Origin: Alphaproteobacteria bacterium
GTDB lineage: Bacteria; Pseudomonadota; Alphaproteobacteria; Rs-D84
Length of the DNA: 64,000 bases
Assembly (NCBI GenBank): GCA_009783855.1
Contig: WRCO01000002.1
Span: 25,038 to 89,037 of the forward strand
Direction of reading: 5' to 3'
Shown here: piece after piece, positions 18,099 through 29,261 of the stretch
Layout of the letters: every line of letters starts with the position of its first letter
Numbering within the stretch: the first letter of the stretch is position 1
Translations under genes and position numbers: made by a program
The notes under the pieces: model-generated
Database searches by the model: none
What the model saw: only the letters and a program-made list of their open reading frames with translations
What the model was told of the DNA's origin: nothing

Positions 18099-19670
18099 GT
18101 GTCATTCGAATCAATGCCAAGACAGGACCTGTTGCTTGCCGTCGAATCATTGGCGGCCGAAAAAATCATAGACCGTGAAATCGTCATGGAATCATTAGAG
18201 GCGGCAATCGCCAAAATCGCCGGACAAAAATACGGTACCGAATTCAATATCGCCGCGCATATCGACCGGCGGAACGGCGCCATTAACGTAAAGCGCCTGT
18301 TCGACGTCGTCGACCCGGACAACCTTGGCGAAGACGAACTTGGCGAACCAATCCCGTTCAACAGCGACACCATGATAACCGTCGCCAAGGCGAAAAAATA
18401 CGCAAAAGACCCGAAAATCGGCGATGTTGTCGAAGACCCGTTGCCCGAACCGGAATTCGGGCGCATGGCGTTCCAGACCGCGAAGCAAATCATGACCGCG
18501 CGCGTCCGCGATGCCGAAAAAGGCCGCCAGTTTGAAGAATTCAAAGACAATATCGGCGACATTGTAAACGGCGTCGTAAAGCGCATCGAATTCGGAAACG
18601 TGTTCGTCGACATCAACAACCGCACCGAAGGATACATCAAGTCAACCGAACTTATCCCGGGCGAAAAACTGCAACCGGGCGACCGCGTTCGCGCGCTTGT
18701 CATGGATGTCGCGCGTTCCAATTCGGGCCCCCAAATCTTTTTGACGCGCACTCATCCGATGTTCATGGAAAAACTGTTTATGCAGGAAGTGCCGGAAATA
18801 TACGAAGGCATCATCCGGATTAAATCCGTCGCGCGCGCGCCGGGAAGCCACGCCAAAATCGCCGTCACCACCGACGACCCGTCCATAGACGCCGTCGGAA
18901 TGACCGTCGGTATGAAGGGAACCCGCATCCAGCCGGTCATCAACGAATGCCACGGTGAAAAAATCGACGTCATCCTTTATTCCGAAGACCCGGCCGTATT
19001 CATCGTCAATGCCATCCAGCCGGCAAAGGTTCAAAAGATTATCGTCGACGAAGACACCCGCACCGCCGCGCTTGTCGTCGCGGAAGACCAGCAATCGCTT
19101 GCCATCGGCCGCCGCGGACAGAACGTGCGCCTTGCGTCCCAATTGACGGGATGGAATATCGACGTCATGAACGAAATGGAAGAAATGGAAAAACGCGCGA
19201 AGGAATTCAAAGAAAAAACCGAACTGTTCACCAAGGGATTGGACGTCGACGAAATGATTGCGCATCTTCTTATCACCGAAGGTTTCCGCACTATTGAAGA
19301 AATCGCTTATGTGGACCTTTCCGAACTCTCGACCATCGAAGGTTTTGACGCCGATCTTGCCACGGAATTACAGGGCCGCGCAAAAGCGCATATCGAAAAA
19401 CAGGAACAGGAATATCGCGACACCGGCAAACAGCTTGGCATGAACGAAGACCTTTTGCTGTTCGATTTTGTAAAGCGGCCGACAATCTTGGCGCTTGGCC
19501 GCGCAGGTATACGCAGTCTTGAAGACTTGGCGGATTTGGCGTCCGACGAACTTGTCGAAATCCTTGGCGAAGACAATATGTCCGAACGCCTTGCCGGCCG
19601 CATCGTCATGAAAGCCCGTGAACAGGCGTATGGAATAGGGGACGAGAAGGAAGAGGAAGAACAGGAATAA
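18099..19670 (+). CDS. nusA: transcription termination/antitermination factor NusA
   Basis: 523 aa. GTG start. S1 plus two KH domains (IGRRGQNVRLASQLTGWNIDV). Acidic C-terminus. Confidence 0.95.
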   Translation: MSFESMPRQDLLLAVESLAAEKIIDREIVMESLEAAIAKIAGQKYGTEFNIAAHIDRRNGAINVKRLFDVVDPDNLGEDELGEPIPFNSDTMITVAKAKKYAKDPKIGDVVEDPLPEPEFGRMAFQTAKQIMTARVRDAEKGRQFEEFKDNIGDIVNGVVKRIEFGNVFVDINNRTEGYIKSTELIPGEKLQPGDRVRALVMDVARSNSGPQIFLTRTHPMFMEKLFMQEVPEIYEGIIRIKSVARAPGSHAKIAVTTDDPSIDAVGMTVGMKGTRIQPVINECHGEKIDVILYSEDPAVFIVNAIQPAKVQKIIVDEDTRTAALVVAEDQQSLAIGRRGQNVRLASQLTGWNIDVMNEMEEMEKRAKEFKEKTELFTKGLDVDEMIAHLLITEGFRTIEEIAYVDLSELSTIEGFDADLATELQGRAKAHIEKQEQEYRDTGKQLGMNEDLLLFDFVKRPTILALGRAGIRSLEDLADLASDELVEILGEDNMSERLAGRIVMKAREQAYGIGDEKEEEEQE

Positions 19671-19757
19671 TTCGTGTTGGCGGCTTGTGCTGGTGGCTGG
19701 TATATGCCACGAATCACCAGCACAAGCCACCAGTCACAACGAACGAAGTGAGTAGAA
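19671..19757. repeat. family A palindromic repeat between nusA and infB
   Basis: ttcgtgttggcggcttgtgctggtggctgg ... ccacgaatcaccagcacaagccaccagtcac, followed by aacgaagtgagtagaaATG (infB start). Confidence 0.7.
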
Positions 19758-22133
19758 ATGGCAACACTGACACTTAAAAAATCTGTCGATACGGGCGCCG
19801 TGCAGTCTGCAAAGGGTGCGGTCATATCCGTGGAGCGGCGGCGCAAAATTGAAATTCCTGGTACGCGAACCCTGCGGGAAGAGCCGAAATCCCCGGTCGT
19901 GAAGAATGCCGCGGATGAAAAACTCCGCGCCGTGTTGTCGGCCGCGAAAGAACGCGAAGCCCAGCGGCAAAAACAGCAAGCCGAAGAGGAGGCCCTTCGC
20001 GCACGCCGCGATGCGGAAATACAACGCGAAGAAGAAGAATACGCCGCGGTAAAAGAAAAATTAAGCGCGAAAGTGTCCGTCGAAGAAGACGATAAGAATC
20101 AGGAGTCAGCGGCCAGAAGCCAGCCGGTCGGACGCCTTGCGTTCGCCAACCGCACAGCCGGCGGTGATGACGAAGAAGACCGCCGCAGACCCGGCAAGCA
20201 TAAAAAGGCCCCGGTTAAAAAAGATTTCTCCAAAGGCAAGATTTCCATCCGCGATATCGTTATGGCCGGCGGCGACGGCGAAGACGACGAAATCGGCGTC
20301 CGTGCCGCGCACAGACGGTCCGAAGCGTCCCTTAAAAGATTCCGCGACAAGGCAAGGCAGGCGTTCGCCGCGCCCGTAAAAGTATCGCGCGAAGTCGTGG
20401 TCGGCGATTCGATTACTGTGAAAGATTTATCCGCCGCCATGGCCGAAAAAGTCGGCGCGGTTATCAAAAAGCTTATGGAAATGGGAATGATGGCGTCGCA
20501 GAACCAATCGCTTGACGCCGATACCGCCGAACTTGTCGCGCATGAATTCGGCGCGACCGTAAAGCGCGTTGTGACCGTGCCCCATTCCGAATTGTTGGAA
20601 CGCGCGCCGGATGCCGCAAATTTGAAACCGCGCGCGCCGGTCGTCACCGTCGTGGGTCACGTCGACCATGGAAAGACTTCGCTTCTTGACGCGTTCCGCA
20701 ATGCGAACGTGGTATCGGGCGAAGCCGGCGGAATAACACAGCATATCGCGGCGTACGAAGAAAAATCCGCGTCCGGAAAAATTATCACTTTCCTTGACAC
20801 TCCCGGTCACGAAACATTTTCCGCGATGCGTTCGCGCGGCGCGAATATGGCGGACATAGTCGTCCTTGTCGTTGCGGCGAACGATTCCATAATGCCGCAG
20901 ACAGTCGAAGCGATAAGCCATATACGCGCGGCAAAGGTCCCGTTTATCGTTGCGATAAACAAAATCGACCTTGGCGAAGCGGACGCGCAGAAAGTCCGCA
21001 CCGACCTGTTGCGCCACGAGGTTCAGGTTGAACAAATGGGCGGCGATATTCAATCGGTCGAAATATCCGCGACGAAAAAAATCAACCTTGATAAACTTGA
21101 AGACGCGATTTTATTGCAAGCCGAATTAATGGATTTGAAGGCCGACCCGGATATGCCCGCAGTGGCGTCGGTGGTCGAAGCCAAAATGGAAAAGGGGTTG
21201 GGACCGACCGCGACCATCCTTATGCAACAGGGAACGCTCTCCGTCGGCGATGTGTTCGTTGTGGGCGAAACATGGGGGCGCGTGCGCGGCCTTATCAATT
21301 CCGAAGGCGTTCGGGTGAAATCCGTCGGGCCGTCGCAGCCTGTCATCATCCTTGGCCTTGAATCGGTGCCGCACGCGGGCGACGAATTGCGCGGCCTTGA
21401 AACCGAAGCGCAGGCGCGCGAAGTCGTGGAATACAGACAGCATAAAAGACAAGTCGCCGCAAATACCGCAAAGCGTTCCAGCCTTGAAGAAATGTTCGCA
21501 AAGCGCGACGAAACAAAAAAACTTGCATTGCCCGTCGTGCTTCGCGCGGATGTTCAGGGTTCCGCCGAAGCCATTCGCGACATGCTGTCGGGTGTGCATT
21601 CGGAAAAGGCCGAAATTGACCTTGTCGCCGCGGGCGTCGGACAAATTACCGAAGGCGACGTGCGCCTTGCCGCGGCGTCGAACGCAATCATCGTCGCGTT
21701 CAATGTGCGCGCGGATTCTGCCGTGCGCGAACTTGCCAAATCATTGGGCGTGGACATACGGTACCATTCCATCGTGTATCGCATTACGGATGAATTGAAA
21801 GAAATCCTTACCGGCAAACTTGCGCCGGAACGCCGCGAAAACTTTATCGGATACGCCGATGTCATCGCATTGTTCACAGTGGGCAAGGGTGTGCGCGTCG
21901 CCGGATGCCGCGTAAGCGAAGGCGTGATAAAACGCGACGCGAACGTACGCCTTCTTCGCGACAACGTTGTTATTTACGACGGCAAAATCGGACTTTTGAA
22001 ACGCGAAAAGAACGAAGTGAAAGAAGTCGGCGTCGGCAATGAATTCGGCATGTCGTTCGACAAGTACAACGACCTTAAAGAAGGCGACCGCGTGGAATGT
22101 TATGAAGTCGAAAACATCAAAGCGACATTATAA
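19758..22133 (+). CDS. infB: translation initiation factor IF-2
   Basis: 791 aa. G-domain [25 protein letters not shown] and NKID motifs. Confidence 0.95.
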   Translation: MATLTLKKSVDTGAVQSAKGAVISVERRRKIEIPGTRTLREEPKSPVVKNAADEKLRAVLSAAKEREAQRQKQQAEEEALRARRDAEIQREEEEYAAVKEKLSAKVSVEEDDKNQESAARSQPVGRLAFANRTAGGDDEEDRRRPGKHKKAPVKKDFSKGKISIRDIVMAGGDGEDDEIGVRAAHRRSEASLKRFRDKARQAFAAPVKVSREVVVGDSITVKDLSAAMAEKVGAVIKKLMEMGMMASQNQSLDADTAELVAHEFGATVKRVVTVPHSELLERAPDAANLKPRAPVVTVVGHVDHGKTSLLDAFRNANVVSGEAGGITQHIAAYEEKSASGKIITFLDTPGHETFSAMRSRGANMADIVVLVVAANDSIMPQTVEAISHIRAAKVPFIVAINKIDLGEADAQKVRTDLLRHEVQVEQMGGDIQSVEISATKKINLDKLEDAILLQAELMDLKADPDMPAVASVVEAKMEKGLGPTATILMQQGTLSVGDVFVVGETWGRVRGLINSEGVRVKSVGPSQPVIILGLESVPHAGDELRGLETEAQAREVVEYRQHKRQVAANTAKRSSLEEMFAKRDETKKLALPVVLRADVQGSAEAIRDMLSGVHSEKAEIDLVAAGVGQITEGDVRLAAASNAIIVAFNVRADSAVRELAKSLGVDIRYHSIVYRITDELKEILTGKLAPERRENFIGYADVIALFTVGKGVRVAGCRVSEGVIKRDANVRLLRDNVVIYDGKIGLLKREKNEVKEVGVGNEFGMSFDKYNDLKEGDRVECYEVENIKATL

Positions 22134-22144
22134 AGGAGTCCAAA

Positions 22145-22510
22145 ATGGCAAAATTTGCAATAAAATTCGAAACACCATATCGGTTGGCCTATGAGCATAA
22201 GATAGCCAGCATAGCGGGCAGCGATGTTACATGGGAATTTGATTTTGCCGAAAAATGGGCCGCAAAAATATTGAAAGAAATGAACGCGGGTAAAAAGATG
22301 ACGAAGCAGCTTGTCAACAAAATGGCCAAACTGGTATATCCAACTTTTGGCGCCAATGCCCCCGCGTTACACCCAATGGCCGAACAAGTGCTGGTCAAAT
22401 ATTGGGTCCACGGTTCCCAGTTTGGCGAGATTGTCGGGATGCAAAAGCTCGACATAATGAAGAAACGCCATTACGCCGAAATGACAGAATTAAGGCTTGC
22501 AAGATACTGA
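22145..22510 (+). CDS. hypothetical protein (121 aa), not RbfA
   Basis: Occupies the position where rbfA usually follows infB, but shows no RbfA KH-fold motifs. A terminator follows. Confidence 0.35.
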   Translation: MAKFAIKFETPYRLAYEHKIASIAGSDVTWEFDFAEKWAAKILKEMNAGKKMTKQLVNKMAKLVYPTFGANAPALHPMAEQVLVKYWVHGSQFGEIVGMQKLDIMKKRHYAEMTELRLARY

Positions 22511-22535
22511 AAATCCGCCGAAAGGCGGATTTTAG
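22510..22535. terminator. rho-independent terminator (aaatccgccgaaaggcggattt), identical to the 1622 copy
   Basis: Perfect hairpin plus a T-run. Confidence 0.7.
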
Positions 22536-22571
22536 TATCCTGAAACATACTCTCTTTACACCTGAATCTTT

Positions 22572-23858
22572 TTGTTTTATAGTTCCGTTGTGAAAAAACT
22601 TATTCCGTTGTTATTAATCCCTTTGCTGTGCGCATGCGCCCAGTCGATGGAGCGGCGGCTTGACAGCGTTCGGGATGATTTCGAATCGCGAAACTTCGCA
22701 AAGCAAAGGGTCGGCGACCGGAATCTTGACCCGCTGCTTGCCGGGAATGCTTTGTTCCAACAGGGCAAATTTGCCGACGCGGACACGGAATTCGAATCAA
22801 TAAACCGGCGGATGGCGGACGCGCAATCGTCCGGCATAATCGGCAACGTCACGCGTATCGCGGCCGGCAACATGGCGGCGGATTACAAGCCTTATTTTAT
22901 GGACGACCTGTTCGTATCATATTACCAGGTTTGGGCGGCGCTTGCAGAACGCCGGTTTGACGACGCGCGCGTGATTATAAATCAATCTTATGCGAAACAG
23001 CAAAGACTGTCACAGGAATACGCGTCGCTGCTTCGTTCGCGCGAAAGGGATACGGACGGCCTTGGCGCGAATATGCGCCGCGAAAACGCACAATGGGAAT
23101 CGTTCGGCGATATCATGAATCCGGCGCTTACTTACCTTGCCGGAATTTATTTTTTGAATTTCGCGCAGAACCCGAACGACTTTGAAACCGCGCGCACGTA
23201 TCTTGCCCGCGCGGACGGAATGGCGCCGGGCAACACGTTTGTAAAGAATGACATCGCGGCCGCGCGCGGCGGCCGCGCGCCGGAAAATACTACATGGATA
23301 TTTATTGAATCGGGCTTTGCGCCCAGGCTTCGCGAACGGCGAATCGATTGGCCGATTATATTACCAAGCGGCCCGCGCGTGGTGTCGATTGCAACGTCCG
23401 AGGCAATCTTCTCTCCCGCCCCGGCGCGAATCGACGGTGCGGAATTAATCGCGAATACAGACGCGATGTTTCTGACAGAATACAAGGAGTATCAGGTTAA
23501 CGAAGCCCTGCGCGCGCTTGCGTCCATCATATCGAATCTTGCGCTGCAAAACGCGGCGAACCGGCATGCGGGGCCGCTTGGCGGTCTTGCCGCGGTGGCG
23601 GTAAGCATCGCGGCGACAAGCGCGGAAATACGGACATGGGCGACCCTTCCCAAACGGATTTACGTCATGCGCATTGATAAAGGCACAGGGCTCAGAGCGC
23701 ATGGCATAAATGATAACGAAGTCTTGATTGAAATCAAATCCGGTGGTAGAGTCTTGAAAGAAATACCGGTATCAAGAACTGGCAATGATTTGATTTACAT
23801 CAGATTAACGAGCAATGAAATTAAACCAAAGATAATAAAACTTAACCAAAAAGGATAA
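22572..23858 (+). CDS. hypothetical lipoprotein (428 aa; lipobox LLCAC)
   Basis: Signal plus lipobox LLIPLLCAC. No recognisable catalytic motif. Probably co-transcribed with the next lipoprotein gene. Confidence 0.4.
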   Translation: MFYSSVVKKLIPLLLIPLLCACAQSMERRLDSVRDDFESRNFAKQRVGDRNLDPLLAGNALFQQGKFADADTEFESINRRMADAQSSGIIGNVTRIAAGNMAADYKPYFMDDLFVSYYQVWAALAERRFDDARVIINQSYAKQQRLSQEYASLLRSRERDTDGLGANMRRENAQWESFGDIMNPALTYLAGIYFLNFAQNPNDFETARTYLARADGMAPGNTFVKNDIAAARGGRAPENTTWIFIESGFAPRLRERRIDWPIILPSGPRVVSIATSEAIFSPAPARIDGAELIANTDAMFLTEYKEYQVNEALRALASIISNLALQNAANRHAGPLGGLAAVAVSIAATSAEIRTWATLPKRIYVMRIDKGTGLRAHGINDNEVLIEIKSGGRVLKEIPVSRTGNDLIYIRLTSNEIKPKIIKLNQKG

Positions 23859-23861
23859 AAC

Positions 23862-24467
23862 ATGAACAAATCATTTCTTTTGCTTATCCCCGTGCTTCTT
23901 GCCGGTTGCGGCGGGACGCGCGTAATCGACACAACCGACCAGCGTGCGGTTGCGGGTATGGCGCATGTTATGGAATTAGAGCACCGCGACTGGACGGATA
24001 CGGCCGACATGATGGTCAAATCGATGTTGGATTCCGGCGCTTTCCGCCGGATTGAAAATCCGGTTATCGCAATGGGGCCGATGATTAACGACACCAAACA
24101 GCGGTTCGATACCGATATATTGGTGCGGAAAATCCGGTCCGACCTTGTGAACAGCGGCCGCGCCCAGATGGCGACAAACTTTACCGGCGAAGACACGACA
24201 TCCGACGCCATGCGCGCACAGCGCGGCAATGTCGAATTCGACGCCGCGACAATCGCCGCGCGCGGAACCCTTGTCGCGCCGAACATGTCGTTGTCCGGCA
24301 AGATGATACAGCGCAACCTGCACGTCCCCGGCACAACATTTACGCGCAGCCAGGAACGCGTGGAATACTATCTTCAACTGGTGCTGACCGACCTTCGCAC
24401 GGGGCTTTCGGTTTGGGAGGAAGAAAGACAGATTGTCAAACAAGGCCGAAATGCGCCCAGATGGTAA
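23862..24467 (+). CDS. lipoprotein, LpoB-like (penicillin-binding protein activator family) candidate
   Basis: Lipobox LLAGCGG. GPMINDTKQRFDTDILVRKIRSDLVNSG...YYLQLVLTDLRTGLSVWEEE resembles the LpoB/COG3417 fold. Confidence 0.35.
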   Translation: MNKSFLLLIPVLLAGCGGTRVIDTTDQRAVAGMAHVMELEHRDWTDTADMMVKSMLDSGAFRRIENPVIAMGPMINDTKQRFDTDILVRKIRSDLVNSGRAQMATNFTGEDTTSDAMRAQRGNVEFDAATIAARGTLVAPNMSLSGKMIQRNLHVPGTTFTRSQERVEYYLQLVLTDLRTGLSVWEEERQIVKQGRNAPRW

Positions 24468-24471
24468 TAGA

Positions 24472-24497
24472 AAATCCGCCAAACGGCGGATTTTTTA
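24472..24497. terminator. bidirectional terminator (aaaatccgccaaacggcggatttttt) shared by the LpoB-like gene and der
   Basis: Hairpin plus T-run. Overlaps the der stop. Confidence 0.65.
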
Positions 24498-25844
24498 ATC
24501 ATACGGATTCTCGGTTTTTGAATACTCCACAACAACGGGCAAGGATTCCCAATCAAGCGCTTTCGCAATACCCTTGCGCAAATAGCGCGTGTATGATTCC
24601 GGGATGTCGCTTGCCCCGCCTACATTTATTGTTATCCGCATCGGGCGCCGGCCAGTTAATGACGCGAATTTTATCTTCATGGGTCTTTTAAGGCGGCTCA
24701 TCGGCGGTTGCCGCGCGGCGATTAATTTTTCAAGCGTGCGGTTTATAAAGCTTGTCGCGGCGGGTTCGTTCGACGATTCCCATAATTCATAGGCGCGCTT
24801 CATCATATTGCGGACGCCTGTTCCCTTTTCGGCGCTGATTGGAAGTATCAGGGGCTTTATAATCTGATGAAATGAATTTGCGAATTGTTTTTTTAATTTC
24901 AATAATTTTTCATCGCGCGATTCTGCGGGCACCAAATCCCATTTGTTAAGCGCGACGGCAAGGATTTTACCCGCATCATAAACCCGTCCCGCGATTCCCA
25001 ACGCCTGGTTTTCTATGTTCTTTGTCGCGTCGACGATTAGAATCACAACATCGGATTTGAAAATCGCATCCAAAGATTTAAGCGCGGCAAGCGTTTCAAC
25101 ATCGTCCGTCACATTCGCCTTGCGCCGCAGGCCGGCCGTATCGACAAGCGTTATATCGCGGCCAAGGAATTTCGCGCGCGTCCGCACAGTGTCGCGCGTG
25201 ATACCCGGCTGGTCCTTTACAATCATCCGCTCTTCGCCAAGTATCTTGTTCACCAATGTGGATTTGCCGACGTTCGGTTGGCCCATAATCGCGACGCGAA
25301 GCGCTTCACGATTCGTGTCGCAAGAGTTTAGGGTTGAGGGTTTAGAACTGGGATTATCTTTATCTAAACTCTGGATAAAATCTATGATTCTATCCAACCC
25401 TTGCTTATGTTCCGCGCTGATTAGAACCGGTTCACCAAAGCCCAGTTTATAAAATTCAGAAATATCCGCGTTCCGTTTTCCTTCGGTTTTATTGGCAAGA
25501 AGCAGAACGGGCCGGTTCGCTTTCTTTACAATCCGCGCCCAATCGGAATCCGCCGGGTGAAGCCCCGCGCGCCCGTCGACCACAAACAATACCGCGTCGG
25601 CGTCTTTAATCGCCGCCAATGATTTGTCGGTGGATATTTTTCCAATTTCATCGGTTCTGGTCTCAAGGCCGGCCGTATCTATAAGTCCGATTGGAAAATC
25701 CAGGCTTTCGACCCTCAACTCTCCAGCGACGCAGTCGCGGGTCACCCCCGGCCGGTCATGCACAAGCGCGTCGCGGCTGTGCGTCAATTGATTGAACAGC
25801 GTCGATTTTCCAGTATTGGGGCGCCCGGCGATTGCAAGTTTCAT
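24495..25844 (-). CDS. der: ribosome-associated GTPase Der (EngA), two GTP-binding domains
   Basis: MKLAIAGRPNTGKSTLFNQL and a second G-domain IMGQPNVGKSTLVNKILGEER. KH-like C-terminus. Confidence 0.95.
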   Translation of the reverse strand: MKLAIAGRPNTGKSTLFNQLTHSRDALVHDRPGVTRDCVAGELRVESLDFPIGLIDTAGLETRTDEIGKISTDKSLAAIKDADAVLFVVDGRAGLHPADSDWARIVKKANRPVLLLANKTEGKRNADISEFYKLGFGEPVLISAEHKQGLDRIIDFIQSLDKDNPSSKPSTLNSCDTNREALRVAIMGQPNVGKSTLVNKILGEERMIVKDQPGITRDTVRTRAKFLGRDITLVDTAGLRRKANVTDDVETLAALKSLDAIFKSDVVILIVDATKNIENQALGIAGRVYDAGKILAVALNKWDLVPAESRDEKLLKLKKQFANSFHQIIKPLILPISAEKGTGVRNMMKRAYELWESSNEPAATSFINRTLEKLIAARQPPMSRLKRPMKIKFASLTGRRPMRITINVGGASDIPESYTRYLRKGIAKALDWESLPVVVEYSKTENPYD

Positions 25845-25847
25845 TGT

Positions 25848-25989
25848 CGTGACTTGTGTTGGTGGCCCGTGGTTCGGGGCCAGGGTAATTTTTCAATTGT
25901 GTTTTGTTATTTTCGCCACTATTATATAACAGAAAATAACAAAAGCAAAGTATTCCGTAATACGGTCTACAAGTCACCAGCACGGAGAA
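25848..25989. repeat. family A-related composite repeat (GGTGG arms flanking an AT-rich core)
   Basis: gtgttggtggcccgtggttcgggg ... caagtcaccagcacgg. Confidence 0.5.
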
Positions 25990-25993
25990 TAAA

Positions 25994-26608
25994 ATGGCAA
26001 AACGAAATTCATACAGACACCTTTTGACGGGGTGGTTCGCGCATATAGTACAGATAATCACAAACCCGAAACAATTCTTTTCAAAAATTGTCGCCGACGG
26101 CAATATGGACGAATCCATGATGAAGGCGTTCATGTACGGTTTGCTTGGCGGTGTTCTTGTCCTTGTCATACAATATATCGGTGGCGCGGATTTGACTATG
26201 CAGCTTGTCTTTTCCAAACTTGTCATCGTGCCGGTGCTTGCCGTGGCGCTTCTCTTCGTTCTTGGCGGGATGCTTATGCTTGTATCCGAAATCACCGGCG
26301 GCGAACGCGATTGGGAAATCGGTATCAAGGGGCTGGCATCCGTGTTCTTTATATACCCAATCATCCTTGTCATGAATTCTTTGGCGTTCAATTGCACATC
26401 GCTTTGGGTCATAAGCGCGATTGTCGACGGATATGTCCTGTTCCTTTTGTACAACATCGCCGTATATTGCATGAAGGGCAACAAGACGCGCGTCCTTGTC
26501 GTTATCGGCGCTTTTGCTTTCTTTATGCTTACCGTGTACGCGACGGATTACAGGTTCGGATGGCTGTCGCTTAAAAACTATGCGGCGGCGCTTGAATGTT
26601 ACAGATAA
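25994..26608 (+). CDS. Yip1-domain membrane protein
   Basis: 204 aa, 5 TM. N-terminal HIVQIITNPKQFFSKI followed by a Yip1-like TM bundle. Confidence 0.4.
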   Translation: MAKRNSYRHLLTGWFAHIVQIITNPKQFFSKIVADGNMDESMMKAFMYGLLGGVLVLVIQYIGGADLTMQLVFSKLVIVPVLAVALLFVLGGMLMLVSEITGGERDWEIGIKGLASVFFIYPIILVMNSLAFNCTSLWVISAIVDGYVLFLLYNIAVYCMKGNKTRVLVVIGAFAFFMLTVYATDYRFGWLSLKNYAAALECYR

Positions 26609-26636
26609 AAAATCCCGCATTCGCGGGGTTTTTTAA
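26607..26636 (+). terminator. rho-independent terminator (aaaatcccgcattcgcggggtttttt)
   Basis: Hairpin plus T-run after the yip1 stop. Confidence 0.65.
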
Positions 26637-26716
26637 TGGTGGCCGTTTCGTGCCTGTCCAATATATTAAGCATCCTGTAATTATCCATAAAAGAAATTAT
26701 TTGCTGTGGCAGGCAG

Positions 26717-27127
26717 TTAAATACTGCTGACTTTTATATTATTCTTTCTTAATAATTCTGCGGCCACCCCATCGCCTTGGATTTGTTTGCCGCTGAAAGT
26801 GCCATCATATTGCATGCCGACGCCACACGAAGGGCTTCCGTTCTTGCCTATAAATTCTGTTGCTCCGATATTTTTTGCAAGCTTTAATGTTTCATTTGCC
26901 CAATTGTTAAAATCTTCAGTGTAATCTTTTCCGGTTACGGATAAAATTTTATCGCCCACTCGCTCGCAAGCTTCTCTTGGTGTTGGAAGCCCAGCCATCA
27001 ACTCTGGACAAACTGGGACAGCCTCCCCACAAGCGACCATATTTCGGATTTCGTTATTTAATTTGTTTGCGCCGTCGTATCGGCAGTTAATTCCACATAA
27101 ACAAGCGGCAACCAGTTTCATTGTCAA
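26717..27127 (-). CDS. DUF523/TudS-family [4Fe-4S] protein (thiouracil desulfurase-like)
   Basis: KLVAACLCGINCRYDGANK. DUF523 N-terminal Cys pattern (ACLxGxxCRYDG) plus a downstream Cys. Confidence 0.5.
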   Translation of the reverse strand: MTMKLVAACLCGINCRYDGANKLNNEIRNMVACGEAVPVCPELMAGLPTPREACERVGDKILSVTGKDYTEDFNNWANETLKLAKNIGATEFIGKNGSPSCGVGMQYDGTFSGKQIQGDGVAAELLRKNNIKVSSI

Positions 27128-27149
27128 TCCTCTTTATATGTTCCACTTG

Positions 27150-28181
27150 TTAAAAACTTGCGCGGATGCCGGCCGTTATAAATGGCGAAAAGTCGCCGGC
27201 GTTTATAACCGCGCCGCCGGATGTGAAGACGCTGAAATACTGGTCTATTTTATACCGCAATGACGCAAGCCCCGTATGGGTAAGATAGGAATTCGGATGT
27301 TCGGGATTGTTGTCCCAGATGCCGACGGCGGAAAATATATAAGAAAGCGACCCGGACCAGTTAAGGAAATCGTAGGACGCGCCGATGCCCCCCTGCAGGC
27401 CGTCCGACGGAGCGGTTATCGGGTTGTTGTCGTAAATACCGCGCGCGGTTATGCCAAAGTTCCAACTTCTGTGCTGTATATTCGTGCCCAGCGCCAATTG
27501 ATACCGGGAATCGGCCGTGACGTTCGGCGCGTACGAATCCGCGGACAGGTTGTTCGGGCGGTCTATATACCCAGCGCCAATTGATACCGAATATTTCGTC
27601 CGGCCGTGCGGCATCCGGTATCTTATGCCGATGTCGGTTGCCGAATCGAAATTCGTATTGAACGGCGATACGGACATTCCGACCTGTACCGGTCTTGTCG
27701 GGACGGTCACGGTTGTCGCGCGGAACGCGTATCTTGTCCCGGTTGCGACCGGGTTGGCGATGACATTCCGGGCGCCGGTCATGTCATAGAAAAGCGGAGT
27801 GCTGTTCGCGCGAAGCGACCCGACATCGGGAAGTCCCACGCCAAGTTTCGCCGCTACGGATTCGGTCCATCCCAATTCCACGCGGCCGTACGGGCTTTCC
27901 GTAAAGATAAATATGTCGTTATAGAAATATTCGCGGTCGACTCCGGTCCGTTCAACAGAGTATACCGCGCCAAGCGTCCAGCCGTTCCATACCGCGTAAT
28001 TGGCCTGGGCCCTTATGCGATAATCGTACACCGTATATTCCGGCATACCCGCGCCGCCCGTCGCATGCCCCGAAAGGCGAAGCCCGACGCGGTTGCGGTT
28101 ATAAGTGAACGCATCGGCGCTTTGCACACAAAGCGCTGAAAGGCATAAGGCATAAGGCATAAGGCGTAAGAATTTTTTCAT
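27150..28181 (-). CDS. outer-membrane beta-barrel porin-like protein
   Basis: Signal MKKFLRLMPYALCLSALCVQSADA. C-terminal ...GIRASF. The signal peptide region contains a (ccttatg)x3 heptamer tract. Confidence 0.55.
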   Translation of the reverse strand: MKKFLRLMPYALCLSALCVQSADAFTYNRNRVGLRLSGHATGGAGMPEYTVYDYRIRAQANYAVWNGWTLGAVYSVERTGVDREYFYNDIFIFTESPYGRVELGWTESVAAKLGVGLPDVGSLRANSTPLFYDMTGARNVIANPVATGTRYAFRATTVTVPTRPVQVGMSVSPFNTNFDSATDIGIRYRMPHGRTKYSVSIGAGYIDRPNNLSADSYAPNVTADSRYQLALGTNIQHRSWNFGITARGIYDNNPITAPSDGLQGGIGASYDFLNWSGSLSYIFSAVGIWDNNPEHPNSYLTHTGLASLRYKIDQYFSVFTSGGAVINAGDFSPFITAGIRASF

Positions 28182-28245
28182 GGGCCAATTATAACACAAT
28201 AGCGTTGGCTGGCAAGAATTTTTGCAGGAACAAAATATATATGCC

Positions 28246-29196
28246 TTACGCCTTGTTGGCGTCGGCCAAGATTAACGATTGTAATTTTGTAAACGCGCGT
28301 TCTTCAATCTGTCTTACGCGTTCGCGCGAAATGCCCAATTTTTCCGACAATTGTTCAAGCGTCAGCGCCGGGTCGGACAGACGCCGCGCGACAAGAATCT
28401 CGCGGTCGCGTTCCGGCAGCGAGGCAAGGTGTTTGTGCAAAAGCTCGTGTCCGAATTTTCGAAACTGCAAATGCTCAATCCTGTCTTCGATGGATTCGGA
28501 ATCGTCCGCAAGATTGGACAGGATGTCCGTCCCTTCGCTTTCGTCGCTGTATGCGGGGCGGTTAAGCGAAAGGTCGCGCGCGCTTATGCGGCGGCTCATC
28601 CTTGTTACGTCTTGTTCCGGGACTTCCAGGTACTCCGCAATTTGTTTCGTCTGTTCGTCGGACAGGTTGTTGTCCATAATGCCAAGCGCGCGTTTCGCCC
28701 GCGCAAGGTTGAAGAACACGCGCTTTTGATTCGCGGATGTTCCGATTTTCACCATCGACCAGTTATTAAGGACGAAATCGTAAATCTCGGCCTTTATCCA
28801 AAACATCGCATAGGTCGAAAACCGAAACCCCCGGTCCGGGTCGAATTTTGATAAAGCCTGCATAAGGCCCAAATTTCCGGAAGCGATAAGTTCCGATATC
28901 GGAATGCCGTAATTCTTGAAATCATAGGCGACGGAAACCACCATGCGAAGATGGCTTGACACCAGTTTTTCCGCGGCGAACTTGTCGCGCGCATCGCGCC
29001 ATGCGACGGCGAATTCATGCTCTTCTTCGGCGGATAACAGGGGGAAAGCCTGGACCGACCTTATGTATCTTTCAAGGTTGGCGTCGTCGGACAGGGCGAC
29101 GGACGGCATGCCGTAAGCCGCCGGAAGCGCTGTCGCCGTTTTTTGGTTGTCTTTTTTCTTGTCTTTGTTTCCTTTCATGGTTAAATTATAGTGCAA
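28246..29196 (-). CDS. rpoH: RNA polymerase sigma-32 factor RpoH
   Basis: RpoH box QKRVFFNLARAKRAL. Regions 2 and 4 present (LSEKLGISRERVRQIEERAFTKL). Confidence 0.9.
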   Translation of the reverse strand: MHYNLTMKGNKDKKKDNQKTATALPAAYGMPSVALSDDANLERYIRSVQAFPLLSAEEEHEFAVAWRDARDKFAAEKLVSSHLRMVVSVAYDFKNYGIPISELIASGNLGLMQALSKFDPDRGFRFSTYAMFWIKAEIYDFVLNNWSMVKIGTSANQKRVFFNLARAKRALGIMDNNLSDEQTKQIAEYLEVPEQDVTRMSRRISARDLSLNRPAYSDESEGTDILSNLADDSESIEDRIEHLQFRKFGHELLHKHLASLPERDREILVARRLSDPALTLEQLSEKLGISRERVRQIEERAFTKLQSLILADANKA

Positions 29197-29261
29197 ATTA
29201 AAACGATTGCAAATATGATGGAAATAATAGTATATTTAGCGTCAGAAAAAAGGAGCAAGCA

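Noticed and set aside
22145-22510. RbfA expected after infB
   Set aside because: The 121-aa ORF lacks the RbfA KH-like motifs and aligns poorly with RbfA by eye. Called hypothetical instead.
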